Assembly: GCA_022510605.1 (NCBI GenBank)
Contig: JAFLTB010000005.1
Coordinates: 254 to 64,253 of the forward strand
Length of the DNA: 64,000 nt
Source of the DNA: Lachnospiraceae bacterium
GTDB taxonomy: Bacteria; Bacillota; Clostridia; Lachnospirales; Lachnospiraceae
Direction of reading: 5' to 3'
The notes under the pieces were generated by a model. That model was not told the origin of the DNA and did no database searches. It saw nothing but the letters and a program-made list of their open reading frames with translations. This document shows positions 56,199 through 64,000 of this stretch, in pieces; the stretch's first letter is position 1; every line of letters starts with the position of its first letter. A program made the translations under genes and the position numbers.

Positions 56199-58793
56199 AT
56201 GGCAGCGAAATCAAAATCCGGTAGAAAACGGACTAACAATACAAATCGAAATAGAAAACCGGCGGCAAAGAAATCCACAACGGCCAGACGGGACGCCGCC
56301 GGAAAAAACACCAAAAAACAATCTCCCGCCCAATCAGCAAGCCCATTGGCAAGGGAGATTACATTTCTTGTTATTCTTGTCTTTGGTATATTATCCCTGA
56401 TGAGCCTGTTCCATATGTGCGGTTTTTTGGGTGAAATGTTAGGCGGCGTTTTATTTGGACTTTTAGGGGCTCTGGCCTATATATTCCCTTTGTATCTGAT
56501 TGTGGCATCCGGACTGTTTATTTCCAACCAGAAAAACAAAAAACTGCGTCACAAGATACTATTCAGTATTGGCCTGTACTGGTGCCTCTGCGGTCTGTTC
56601 CAGTGGGTAGTCAATGACCCGGTTCAAAACGTATGGGAAATTTACACTGTCAGTAGTGAAAACCGGGGCGGCGGTGGTTTCTTTGGCGGTTTGTTGTCCT
56701 TTGAACTGGCAAAGGCCCTTGGCCGGGGGGGCTCCCTGATTGTGATTTTGGCGTTGTTCCTTGTATTTTTTATGCTAATCAGTGGCAAACTGTTCTTTGC
56801 CTCTCTGCATCGATTGTACGAGGAGAGAGAAGAGGGAAAGGACTATGTGGATTATGAGGACGAAACCATACCGCAGGTTACGGAACGGAGGATGAATACC
56901 TATACCTTTGAGGCGGAGCCGAAACCAAAGCGTTCACGCAAGAAGCCGAAAAAAACGGCCGCACTGGAGGAAGTGGTGCCGGAAGCAGAGGCAGCCGATG
57001 TAGAAAAACCGGCCTCCCAAAATCCGGAGGAGATACATATTATTCGGGGCAGCGAAGAAAAGCAATCCAATGAGCCGGCCATTTACCAGGAGGAACTGGA
57101 GCGCAAATTTGGTACAGGTGCTGTCTCTCATGGGGAAGGGGCGGCCGCCGTGGCAGCTTCCGCAGCCCTTGTGCCAGAGCCGGACAACCTGCCGTCTGAA
57201 GGGGATGCCCCGTTCAAAAAGACAGAAAAAGTAAAGATTACCAGAGAAGATGAAAAAGAGATGGCGAAGGTACAGGAAGACCTGGCCAAAGCGGCGGTAA
57301 CGGAAATTCCGTACCAGTTCCCATCCATGGATTTATTGAGCCGTCCCAAGGCTGGCAAAAAGGGTATGAACAATGATGAACTCCGGGATACCGCACGGAA
57401 ACTTCAGGAGACGCTGGAGAGTTTTGGCGTTCACGTCAAGCTGGGGGATATCAGTCTGGGTCCCAGTGTTACCCGGTATGAACTGATTCCGGAACAGGGA
57501 GTTAAGGTGAGCCGCATTACCAGCTTGTCCGATGATATTAAATTGAGCCTGGCAGCTTCCGATATCCGGATTGAGGCCCCGATACCTGGCAAGGCCGCCG
57601 TGGGAATCGAAGTGCCAAATCCGGAGCGCACCACCATTACCCTGCGGGAACTGTTGGAGAGTCCGGAATTTACCAAGGCAAAGTCTAAGGTTACCTTTGC
57701 TGTGGGGAAGGATATCAGCGGCAAGACCATTGTCACCGATATTGCCAAAATGCCCCATCTGCTTATTGCAGGAGCCACTGGCTCCGGTAAATCCGTACTG
57801 ATTAACACACTGATTATGAGTATTTTATATAAGGCAGACCCGAACGAAGTGAAAATGATTATGGTGGACCCAAAGATGGTGGAACTGACGGCCTATGAGG
57901 ATATTCCGCATCTGATGATACCAGTGGTAAAGGACCCGAAAAAGGCCTCTGCGGCACTGGGATGGGCCGTGGCAGAAATGACCAACCGTTATCAGAAATT
58001 TGCTGAGGCGGGAGTGCGGGATATTAAATCCTTCAATGCCAAAATCAGTAAACTGGATAACCAAAATGACCCGGAATGGCAGAAGATGTCACAGATTGTT
58101 ATTATTGTGGACGAGTTTGCCGATTTGATGATGGTGGCGCCGGGAGAGGTGGAGGATTCCGTCTGCCGTCTGGCACAGCTGGCCCGTGCGGCGGGTATCC
58201 ATCTGGTACTGGCGACACAGCGGCCTTCCGTCAATGTAATTACCGGTTTGATTAAGGCCAATATTCCTTCCCGTATCGCCCTGTCTGTGTCCTCGGCAGT
58301 GGATTCCCGGACGATTATTGACTCCGGTGGTGCAGAGAAGCTGCTGGGAAATGGAGATATGCTTTTTGCACCGCAGAATCTTCCTAAACCCATTCGTGTT
58401 CAGGGTGCTTTTGTATCGGATGAGGAGCGGGATGGAGTTGTTTCTTTTCTGAAAAACAGCGGAAACGGTCCTTCCTATAACGAAGAAGTCACGGCCCATA
58501 TTGATTCTGCTCCGGTGCCGGGAGCCAAGGCCGGGAGCGGCGCCGCACCAGGCGGGGGCGGCCCGGAACAGGATGAGCTCTTTGCCGAGGCGGGACGATT
58601 TATTATTGAAAAGGAAAAGGCCTCCATCGGTTTATTACAGCGGATGTTCCGCATTGGATTTAACCGGGCCGCCCGTATTATGGACCAGCTGGCAGACGCC
58701 GGCGTAGTGGGGCCGGAGGAGGGCACTAAGGCCAGACAGATATTAATGACAAAGGAAGAATTTGAAGCCTATCTGGAGGAAGGAACGGAATGA
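56199..58793 (+). CDS. ftsK: DNA translocase FtsK/SpoIIIE
   Basis: N-terminal TM helices, low-complexity linker, Walker [11 protein letters not shown], Walker [13 protein letters not shown]-terminal gamma wHTH ([21 protein letters not shown]). Confidence 0.93.
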   Translation: MAAKSKSGRKRTNNTNRNRKPAAKKSTTARRDAAGKNTKKQSPAQSASPLAREITFLVILVFGILSLMSLFHMCGFLGEMLGGVLFGLLGALAYIFPLYLIVASGLFISNQKNKKLRHKILFSIGLYWCLCGLFQWVVNDPVQNVWEIYTVSSENRGGGGFFGGLLSFELAKALGRGGSLIVILALFLVFFMLISGKLFFASLHRLYEEREEGKDYVDYEDETIPQVTERRMNTYTFEAEPKPKRSRKKPKKTAALEEVVPEAEAADVEKPASQNPEEIHIIRGSEEKQSNEPAIYQEELERKFGTGAVSHGEGAAAVAASAALVPEPDNLPSEGDAPFKKTEKVKITREDEKEMAKVQEDLAKAAVTEIPYQFPSMDLLSRPKAGKKGMNNDELRDTARKLQETLESFGVHVKLGDISLGPSVTRYELIPEQGVKVSRITSLSDDIKLSLAASDIRIEAPIPGKAAVGIEVPNPERTTITLRELLESPEFTKAKSKVTFAVGKDISGKTIVTDIAKMPHLLIAGATGSGKSVLINTLIMSILYKADPNEVKMIMVDPKMVELTAYEDIPHLMIPVVKDPKKASAALGWAVAEMTNRYQKFAEAGVRDIKSFNAKISKLDNQNDPEWQKMSQIVIIVDEFADLMMVAPGEVEDSVCRLAQLARAAGIHLVLATQRPSVNVITGLIKANIPSRIALSVSSAVDSRTIIDSGGAEKLLGNGDMLFAPQNLPKPIRVQGAFVSDEERDGVVSFLKNSGNGPSYNEEVTAHIDSAPVPGAKAGSGAAPGGGGPEQDELFAEAGRFIIEKEKASIGLLQRMFRIGFNRAARIMDQLADAGVVGPEEGTKARQILMTKEEFEAYLEEGTE

Positions 58794-59665
58794 AGGGCTG
58801 GCTGATTGTCAACAGTTTTTTGAAAAATGAAAAATTTCATGAACTGGAGGAAATGTTTCATTCGGCAGCAAAGGGATGGAATATGGAGCTGCAGACAGTG
58901 GAAAATGCGGAGCTGCTGGCAGATACCAGTCTTTCTTCATGGGAATTTCCTTCACCGGATTTTGTAATATTTTGGGATAAGGATATTCTTTTGGCGGAGT
59001 TTTTAGAGGGGCGTGGCCTACGGGTATATAATTCCAGCCGCTGTATTGCTCTCTGTGATGATAAGAGAAAGACACATCTGGCCTTGGAACGGAAACAGCT
59101 CCCTATGCCCCGGACAATTCTGGCGCCTATGAGTTATTCCGGGATTGGCTTTACTCATTTGGACTTTCTTCTCCAGGTAGAGGAGATACTTTCCTATCCC
59201 ATGGTGGTGAAGGAGGCCTACGGTTCTTTTGGGGCCCAGGTCTGTCTGGTGAATTCCAGGGAAGAACTGGTTCGCTGTGTGGAGCGGTGCCAGACCACGG
59301 AACTGCTTTTTCAGGAATATATTGAATACAGCCATGGAAGGGATGTCCGTATACAGGTAGTGGGGGACAGGGTGATAGGCGCCATGTACCGGTATTCTGA
59401 CAGGGATTTCCGGGCCAATGTCACAGCGGGAGGACGGATGAAGGCCTATTCCCCTTCCGAGGAGGAGTGCCGTCTGGCCCGGATGGCGGCCCAGGCAGTG
59501 GAAGCGGATTTTGCCGGTGTAGATTTACTCTTTGGCCCGGAGGGGCCTCTGGTTTGTGAAGTCAATTCCAACGCCCATTTCAAAAATCTTCTGGATTGTA
59601 CTGGTATTCATACCGCAGAAGAAATTATGGACTATATACGCCGGGATATTTCGGCGAAAAAATAA
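58790..59665 (+). CDS. RimK-type ATP-grasp ligase (alpha-L-glutamate ligase-like), copy 1
   Basis: ATG overlaps the ftsK stop (ATGA). Motifs [51 protein letters not shown]. Confidence 0.75.
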   Translation: MKGWLIVNSFLKNEKFHELEEMFHSAAKGWNMELQTVENAELLADTSLSSWEFPSPDFVIFWDKDILLAEFLEGRGLRVYNSSRCIALCDDKRKTHLALERKQLPMPRTILAPMSYSGIGFTHLDFLLQVEEILSYPMVVKEAYGSFGAQVCLVNSREELVRCVERCQTTELLFQEYIEYSHGRDVRIQVVGDRVIGAMYRYSDRDFRANVTAGGRMKAYSPSEEECRLARMAAQAVEADFAGVDLLFGPEGPLVCEVNSNAHFKNLLDCTGIHTAEEIMDYIRRDISAKK

Positions 59666-59686
59666 AAGGAAAGCGGAAACAGGGAT

Positions 59687-60535
59687 ATGATGCAGAACAG
59701 GCAGGCATGGTTGGTTTATGACAGAGAGGGTGCGGAGAGAAACCGGGATTACATTGCGGCCCATAAGCAGGTGGGCAAAGGCTTTGGCATTTCTTTTGAA
59801 CTGAAAATCAAAGAGCAGTGGAACTATCCTTTTGCAGAAAACAGCTGGGGAGAAAAACCGGATTTTGCCATTGTCCGTACCATCTGCCCGGAATTATCAA
59901 AGGCTTTAGAACAGGAGGGGATTCCTGTTTTTAATAATGCCATGGTGTCAGAAATCTGCAATGACAAGGGAAAAACCATCTCCTATGTGGCGCAAAACAG
60001 CAGGGTGCCGGTGATTCCCACAGAAACTTTTGACAGTGAAACATTATCCGAAGAGTTTCTGAAAGTTCATCCGGACAGTGTCATCAAAGCAGTGGCAGGC
60101 CACGGCGGCACTCAGGTATTTCGTACCGAAGATTCCTTTGCCAGGATTCAGGCAGGCATTGCCTCCTCGGACTTCGTTTTGCAGCCCTTTATTAAAGGAG
60201 CCGGGGACATCCGGGTATATGTGATTGGAAAAGAAATTGTGGGTGCTGTTTTACGCAGGTCAAAGGAAGGATTCAGGGCGAACTATTCCCTGGGAGGAAC
60301 GGTGCAGTCCTATTCCCTGCCAGAGGAGGCGAGAAAGTGGACAGAGCATATATGTAATCTGTTTTCCTTTGGGTTAGTTGGTATTGATTTTCTTTTGGAT
60401 GCAGAGGGGCGTTTTTTTCTAAATGAAATTGAAGATGTGGTGGGAGCCAGAATGCTGTATGCCTGCCAGCCCCAGGTAAAATTACTGGAGAGATATTTTT
60501 CTTTTATTCTGGATAAAATGTTGCAATCTTCCTAA
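59687..60535 (+). CDS. RimK-type ATP-grasp ligase, copy 2 (paralog)
   Basis: VIKAVAGHGGTQV, QPFIK.AGDIRVYVIG, FRANYSLGG, VGIDFL..NEIED. Starts 21 nt after copy 1. Confidence 0.75.
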   Translation: MMQNRQAWLVYDREGAERNRDYIAAHKQVGKGFGISFELKIKEQWNYPFAENSWGEKPDFAIVRTICPELSKALEQEGIPVFNNAMVSEICNDKGKTISYVAQNSRVPVIPTETFDSETLSEEFLKVHPDSVIKAVAGHGGTQVFRTEDSFARIQAGIASSDFVLQPFIKGAGDIRVYVIGKEIVGAVLRRSKEGFRANYSLGGTVQSYSLPEEARKWTEHICNLFSFGLVGIDFLLDAEGRFFLNEIEDVVGARMLYACQPQVKLLERYFSFILDKMLQSS

Positions 60536-60606
60536 GCAATGGCTATAATTAGCATATACGCTATTGATATGCAAGAGATGGCAAAGCGGACAGGAGGTAT
60601 AGCAGG

Positions 60607-62277
60607 ATGAAATCCGATATTGAAATTGCTTTGGAAGCAGACTTGGAACCCATTCAAAAGGTGGCGGAAAAGTTGGGAATTAATGAGGACGAACTGGATT
60701 TATACGGCAAGCATAAGGCGAAACTCACCGATGAATTGTGGAACCGTATCAAGGCTCGTCCGGATGGCAAGCTGATACTGGTTACTGCCATCAATCCAAC
60801 CCCGGCAGGGGAAGGAAAGACCACCACCACTGTGGGATTGGGCCAGGCCATGGATAAACTTGGCAAAAAAGCAGTGATTGCTCTCAGAGAGCCCTCCCTT
60901 GGTCCCTGCTTTGGTTTAAAGGGCGGTGCTGCCGGCGGCGGCTATGCCCAGGTGGTGCCCATGGATGATTTGAATTTACATTTCACCGGAGATTTTCATG
61001 CCATTACATCCGCAAATAATCTTTTGGCGGCTATGTTAGACAACCACATCCAGCAGGGAAATGCTTTGAATATAGATACCAAGCAGATTGTCTGGAAACG
61101 CTGTGTGGATATGAATGACCGGGTTCTCCGCAATATTACGGTGGGACTGGGACGCAAGGTGGATGGCGTTACAAGAGAGGACCACTTTATTATCACTGTG
61201 GCCTCGGAGATTATGGCGATTCTCTGCCTGGCAGAAAACATGAAAGACTTGAAGGAACGCTTGGGACGCATTATTGTTGCTTATACATATGAGGGAAATC
61301 CGATAACGGCAAAGGATTTGCATGCAGTGGGCGCTATGGCGGCGCTTTTAAAGGATGCCATCCGGCCAAACCTGATTCAGACCCTGGAGCACACTCCGGC
61401 GCTGGTTCATGGCGGGCCTTTTGCCAACATTGCCCACGGCTGTAACAGTATCCGTGCCACAAAAACGGCTCTAAAGCTGGCGGATTATACCATTACGGAG
61501 GCTGGGTTTGGCGCCGATTTGGGAGCGGAGAAGTTTTTGGATATTAAATGTCGGATGGCCGGTTTAAAACCGGATGCCATTGTGCTGGTGGCCACTGTCC
61601 GGGCTTTGAAATACAACGGCGGGGTGTCAAAGGATAAGTTAAATGAGGAAAATCTGGAAGCACTGAAAAAGGGTATTGTGAATCTGGAAAAGCACATTGA
61701 AAATGTGGCAAAATACGATGTTCCCTGTGTTGTCACCCTGAACCAGTTTGTATCGGATACCCCGGCAGAACTTTCCTATGTCCGGGAGTTCTGCGAGGCC
61801 AGAGGATGTGAGTTTGCTCTGTCCCAGGTATGGGAAAAGGGCGGTGAAGGCGGCGTGGAGCTGGCAAATAAAGTTATTGAGACCATAGAGACAAAGGAAA
61901 GTCATTTCCACTGTCTCTACGAAGATTCTCTTTCCCTGAAAGAAAAAATGACGACCATTGCAAGGGAAATTTACGGAGCGGGCGAGGTGATATTTGAACC
62001 GGCGGTGGAAGCGCAGATTGCCCGGATTGAGAGCCTTGGTTTTGGCAATATGCCGGTGTGCATGGCGAAAAACCAGTATTCTCTTTCCGATGACAAATCG
62101 GTACTAGGCCGTCCGGAAAATTTCCCGATTCATATCCGGGAGGTTTATGTGTCGGCAGGAGCAGGCTTTGTTGTAGCCATTACCGGCACCATTATGACGA
62201 TGCCGGGACTTCCAAAGGTGCCGGCGGCAGAAGGGATTGACGTCAGCGACGATGGAAGGATTACCGGATTGTTTTAA
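60607..62277 (+). CDS. fhs: formate-tetrahydrofolate ligase
   Basis: [16 protein letters not shown]-loop, 556 aa, AGGAGG RBS. Confidence 0.95.
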   Translation: MKSDIEIALEADLEPIQKVAEKLGINEDELDLYGKHKAKLTDELWNRIKARPDGKLILVTAINPTPAGEGKTTTTVGLGQAMDKLGKKAVIALREPSLGPCFGLKGGAAGGGYAQVVPMDDLNLHFTGDFHAITSANNLLAAMLDNHIQQGNALNIDTKQIVWKRCVDMNDRVLRNITVGLGRKVDGVTREDHFIITVASEIMAILCLAENMKDLKERLGRIIVAYTYEGNPITAKDLHAVGAMAALLKDAIRPNLIQTLEHTPALVHGGPFANIAHGCNSIRATKTALKLADYTITEAGFGADLGAEKFLDIKCRMAGLKPDAIVLVATVRALKYNGGVSKDKLNEENLEALKKGIVNLEKHIENVAKYDVPCVVTLNQFVSDTPAELSYVREFCEARGCEFALSQVWEKGGEGGVELANKVIETIETKESHFHCLYEDSLSLKEKMTTIAREIYGAGEVIFEPAVEAQIARIESLGFGNMPVCMAKNQYSLSDDKSVLGRPENFPIHIREVYVSAGAGFVVAITGTIMTMPGLPKVPAAEGIDVSDDGRITGLF

Positions 62278-62320
62278 GAGATGCCCTTTTATTTTCCATT
62301 ATGTATAGAAAGGAAAGGCA

Positions 62321-63871
62321 ATGAATAAATATGTTGTAATACTTCTTCTTGGGATTACCTGCCTCCTGACGGCTTGCGGCTATAAGGAATATTTACAGCA
62401 ACAGCTTGGTACGCCTGCGCCTTCTGGTTCGGCGGTAAGTGGTGGAGGAATGAGAGATAGAAATCATGAGTCAGACCCCTTGACGGGACAATGGGGATTA
62501 GAAACCAGTTCCGGCGATGCCGTTGGCGAAATGGAGGACACAGCAGCTTCCGGAGCAGTAATATCGGGAAGCGGTATCGCCTCTGCGGATTATGTAACGG
62601 CTTCGATGCAGACGGCGGATTACTGGATTGCCCGCACGCTGGTGCCGGATAAGGTCTTAATGTCAGCAGAGGAGATTGCTGCCTTTAACGAAAAGATGAT
62701 GAAACAGTTAAGCACCAATTCCGAGGCGGGATATTATGATTTATCCTCCTATGGAGATACCATTTCCAAAGAGGAGCTGACAGCCCTGATACAGCGTACC
62801 GATTTTTCCAAGGGCACCTATTATATGCCGGAGAGACAAGTTACAGAAGAACTCTGGCAGGAATATGATGAAAACAAAAATCTCTCTGCCCTGAAAGAAA
62901 AAAATCCTCTGGGCTATGGTATTGTCTGTACTTCGGCAGATGTGCGGGAGATTCCTCTTTCAGAGTATATTACAGATAAAAAGGGCGACACCGGTCACGA
63001 TATTCTTCAGAATACCGTGCTGGCGGTAAATGAGCCGGTACTGATTCTTCATGCAAGCAAGGATGGCCAGTGGTTTTATGTAGCTGCCAATGAATACACC
63101 GGCTGGGTAGAACAGAACAATATCGGATTATGCAAGGATAAGGGGGCCTGGCAGAAAGCGCAGGAGATGAAACGATTCCTTGTCGTAACCGGAGATAAGG
63201 TTTCGTTGGAACAGCAAGTGATTTCCATGGGGACACGGCTGGCACTGGCCACAGAGGAGGAATATCAGAAAGCCTTTCCTGAGGCAGGCAGAGTATATGA
63301 TAATTATATTGTGAAAATTCCTTACCGGGACGAGAAGGGCGAACTGCAATATGGGATAAATACCCTGCCTGTGAGCCGGGACGTCCAGGAAGGATATATG
63401 GAGTACACCAGAGCCAATGTACTTCGCCAGTCCTTCAAAATGCTTGGCAATACTTATGGCTGGGGAGGCAGTAATGGTGACAGAGACTGCTCCTCCATGG
63501 TTCGGGATATTTATCTTTGTTTTGGACTGCGGCTGCCACGCAACAGCAGTGCCCAGGCACTGATTCCAGGTGAAGGCAGACGGGATTTATCTGGTAAGAA
63601 AGAGACGGAAAAAAAGACAGCTGTCCAATCGGTGGAACCGGGAACTGTACTGCAGATGCCGGGACATGTAATGATTTATCTTGGCTGTGTGGAACAGCAG
63701 TATTTTGTTATCAGCGCCAATGGGGAATTTGTACCAGCCTCTGTCACGGGAGAAATTCCGGCGGGAGATTATACCACAAGACGGGTTACGGTAAATACAC
63801 TGGGAGTAAGAAGTCCGTCCAATCAACAGACCTGGCTCTCACAGATAACAACGATTGTGGGAATTCCATGA
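62321..63871 (+). CDS. lipoprotein, SH3b + NlpC/P60 (C40) peptidase, YkfC-like
   Basis: Lipobox LLTACG. Catalytic Cys context YGWGGSNGDRDCSSMVRDIY..GLRLPRNSSAQ and His context PGHVMIYLG. Confidence 0.8.
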   Translation: MNKYVVILLLGITCLLTACGYKEYLQQQLGTPAPSGSAVSGGGMRDRNHESDPLTGQWGLETSSGDAVGEMEDTAASGAVISGSGIASADYVTASMQTADYWIARTLVPDKVLMSAEEIAAFNEKMMKQLSTNSEAGYYDLSSYGDTISKEELTALIQRTDFSKGTYYMPERQVTEELWQEYDENKNLSALKEKNPLGYGIVCTSADVREIPLSEYITDKKGDTGHDILQNTVLAVNEPVLILHASKDGQWFYVAANEYTGWVEQNNIGLCKDKGAWQKAQEMKRFLVVTGDKVSLEQQVISMGTRLALATEEEYQKAFPEAGRVYDNYIVKIPYRDEKGELQYGINTLPVSRDVQEGYMEYTRANVLRQSFKMLGNTYGWGGSNGDRDCSSMVRDIYLCFGLRLPRNSSAQALIPGEGRRDLSGKKETEKKTAVQSVEPGTVLQMPGHVMIYLGCVEQQYFVISANGEFVPASVTGEIPAGDYTTRRVTVNTLGVRSPSNQQTWLSQITTIVGIP

Positions 63872-63943
63872 TGGACGAAAGAAAAATGAAAAACAGCAGG
63901 AAAGCAGGAAAAAACTAACAAATCATAAAGAGGAGGAATGCGT

Positions 63944-64000
63944 ATGTTTCAATTTACAGAGGATTGCCTTTTGGGCGTAGAGGAAATTGATGAGGAACAC
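63944..64000 (+). CDS. hemerythrin-like metal-binding protein, 5' fragment truncated by the window end
   Basis: AGGAGG sits 7 nt upstream. MFQFTEDCLLGVEEIDEEH matches the bacteriohemerythrin N-terminus (xGxxxIDxxH). Confidence 0.55.
   Translation, partial: MFQFTEDCLLGVEEIDEEH

Noticed and set aside
1-64000. Mobile elements, prophage, CRISPR arrays, tRNA or rRNA genes, toxin-antitoxin pairs, and known defence-system signature genes.
   Set aside because: I recognised none in any frame. The window is almost fully occupied by the CDSs listed, and the remaining gaps are short promoter or terminator regions.

Overview
This 64 kb window is a gene-dense chromosomal segment with about 58 protein-coding genes. 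All but two are on the + strand; the exceptions are the LysR regulator (24163-25038) and the D-Ala-D-Ala carboxypeptidase (34259-35458). Gene content and protein sequences read like a Clostridia (Lachnospiraceae-type) Firmicute, but that guess rests on pattern recognition only. All calls below come from by-eye motif recognition on the supplied ORF track and sequence; no database search was run.

Housekeeping blocks:
- HD hydrolase, M29 aminopeptidase, purE, galK, galE (125-5592).
- fruK-like kinase (11237-12151).
- scpA-scpB (36575-37929).
- A nitrogen block: gltB, gltD, glnA, ANTAR regulator, carA, carB (38115-50506).
- rpsO, NUDIX, pnp (50655-53960).
- A conserved hypothetical, a CN-hydrolase, a TepA-like ClpP-fold protein, ftsK, two RimK-type ATP-grasp ligases, fhs, a YkfC-like NlpC/P60 lipoprotein and the 5' end of a hemerythrin (54132-64000).

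Accessory blocks:
- (i) A LytTR two-component system plus a MacB/FtsX-type ABC transporter (5706-11094). The transporter promoter carries a 20-bp-period direct repeat.
- (ii) A long co-directional run (12402-24113): Fe-ADH, small protein, DUF3737-like beta-helix protein, PatB lyase, MBL hydrolase, an exported flavodoxin, several anchor + Big_2 + cyclophilin-like-fold proteins, a DUF318/ArsP permease, a Big_2-DUF362 protein and a C45 Ntn-hydrolase lipoprotein.
- (iii) A LysR-divergent operon (25213-32962, possibly extending to 34161): PaaK/F390-synthetase-like adenylating enzyme, LysE exporter, a second FtsX-type ABC system, a cyclophilin-like lipoprotein, CMD, Fe-S aldo/keto reductase, cupin and a Big_2-transglutaminase-like protein.

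I saw no tRNA, rRNA, CRISPR array, transposase, integrase or phage genes.

Most noteworthy observations:
- A recurring, apparently surface-exposed family built as anchor + one very basic Big_2 module + variable payload. It is embedded with an exported flavodoxin, a Cys-motif permease and DUF362.
- The LysR-controlled adenylating-enzyme/exporter/ABC operon.
- carA interrupted by a single in-frame TAG exactly at its inter-domain linker.
- A pseudo-receiver ANTAR regulator embedded in the gltBD-glnA-carAB block.
- Two tandem RimK-like ligases translationally coupled to ftsK.
- A 33-nt near-identical intergenic repeat at two distant loci.
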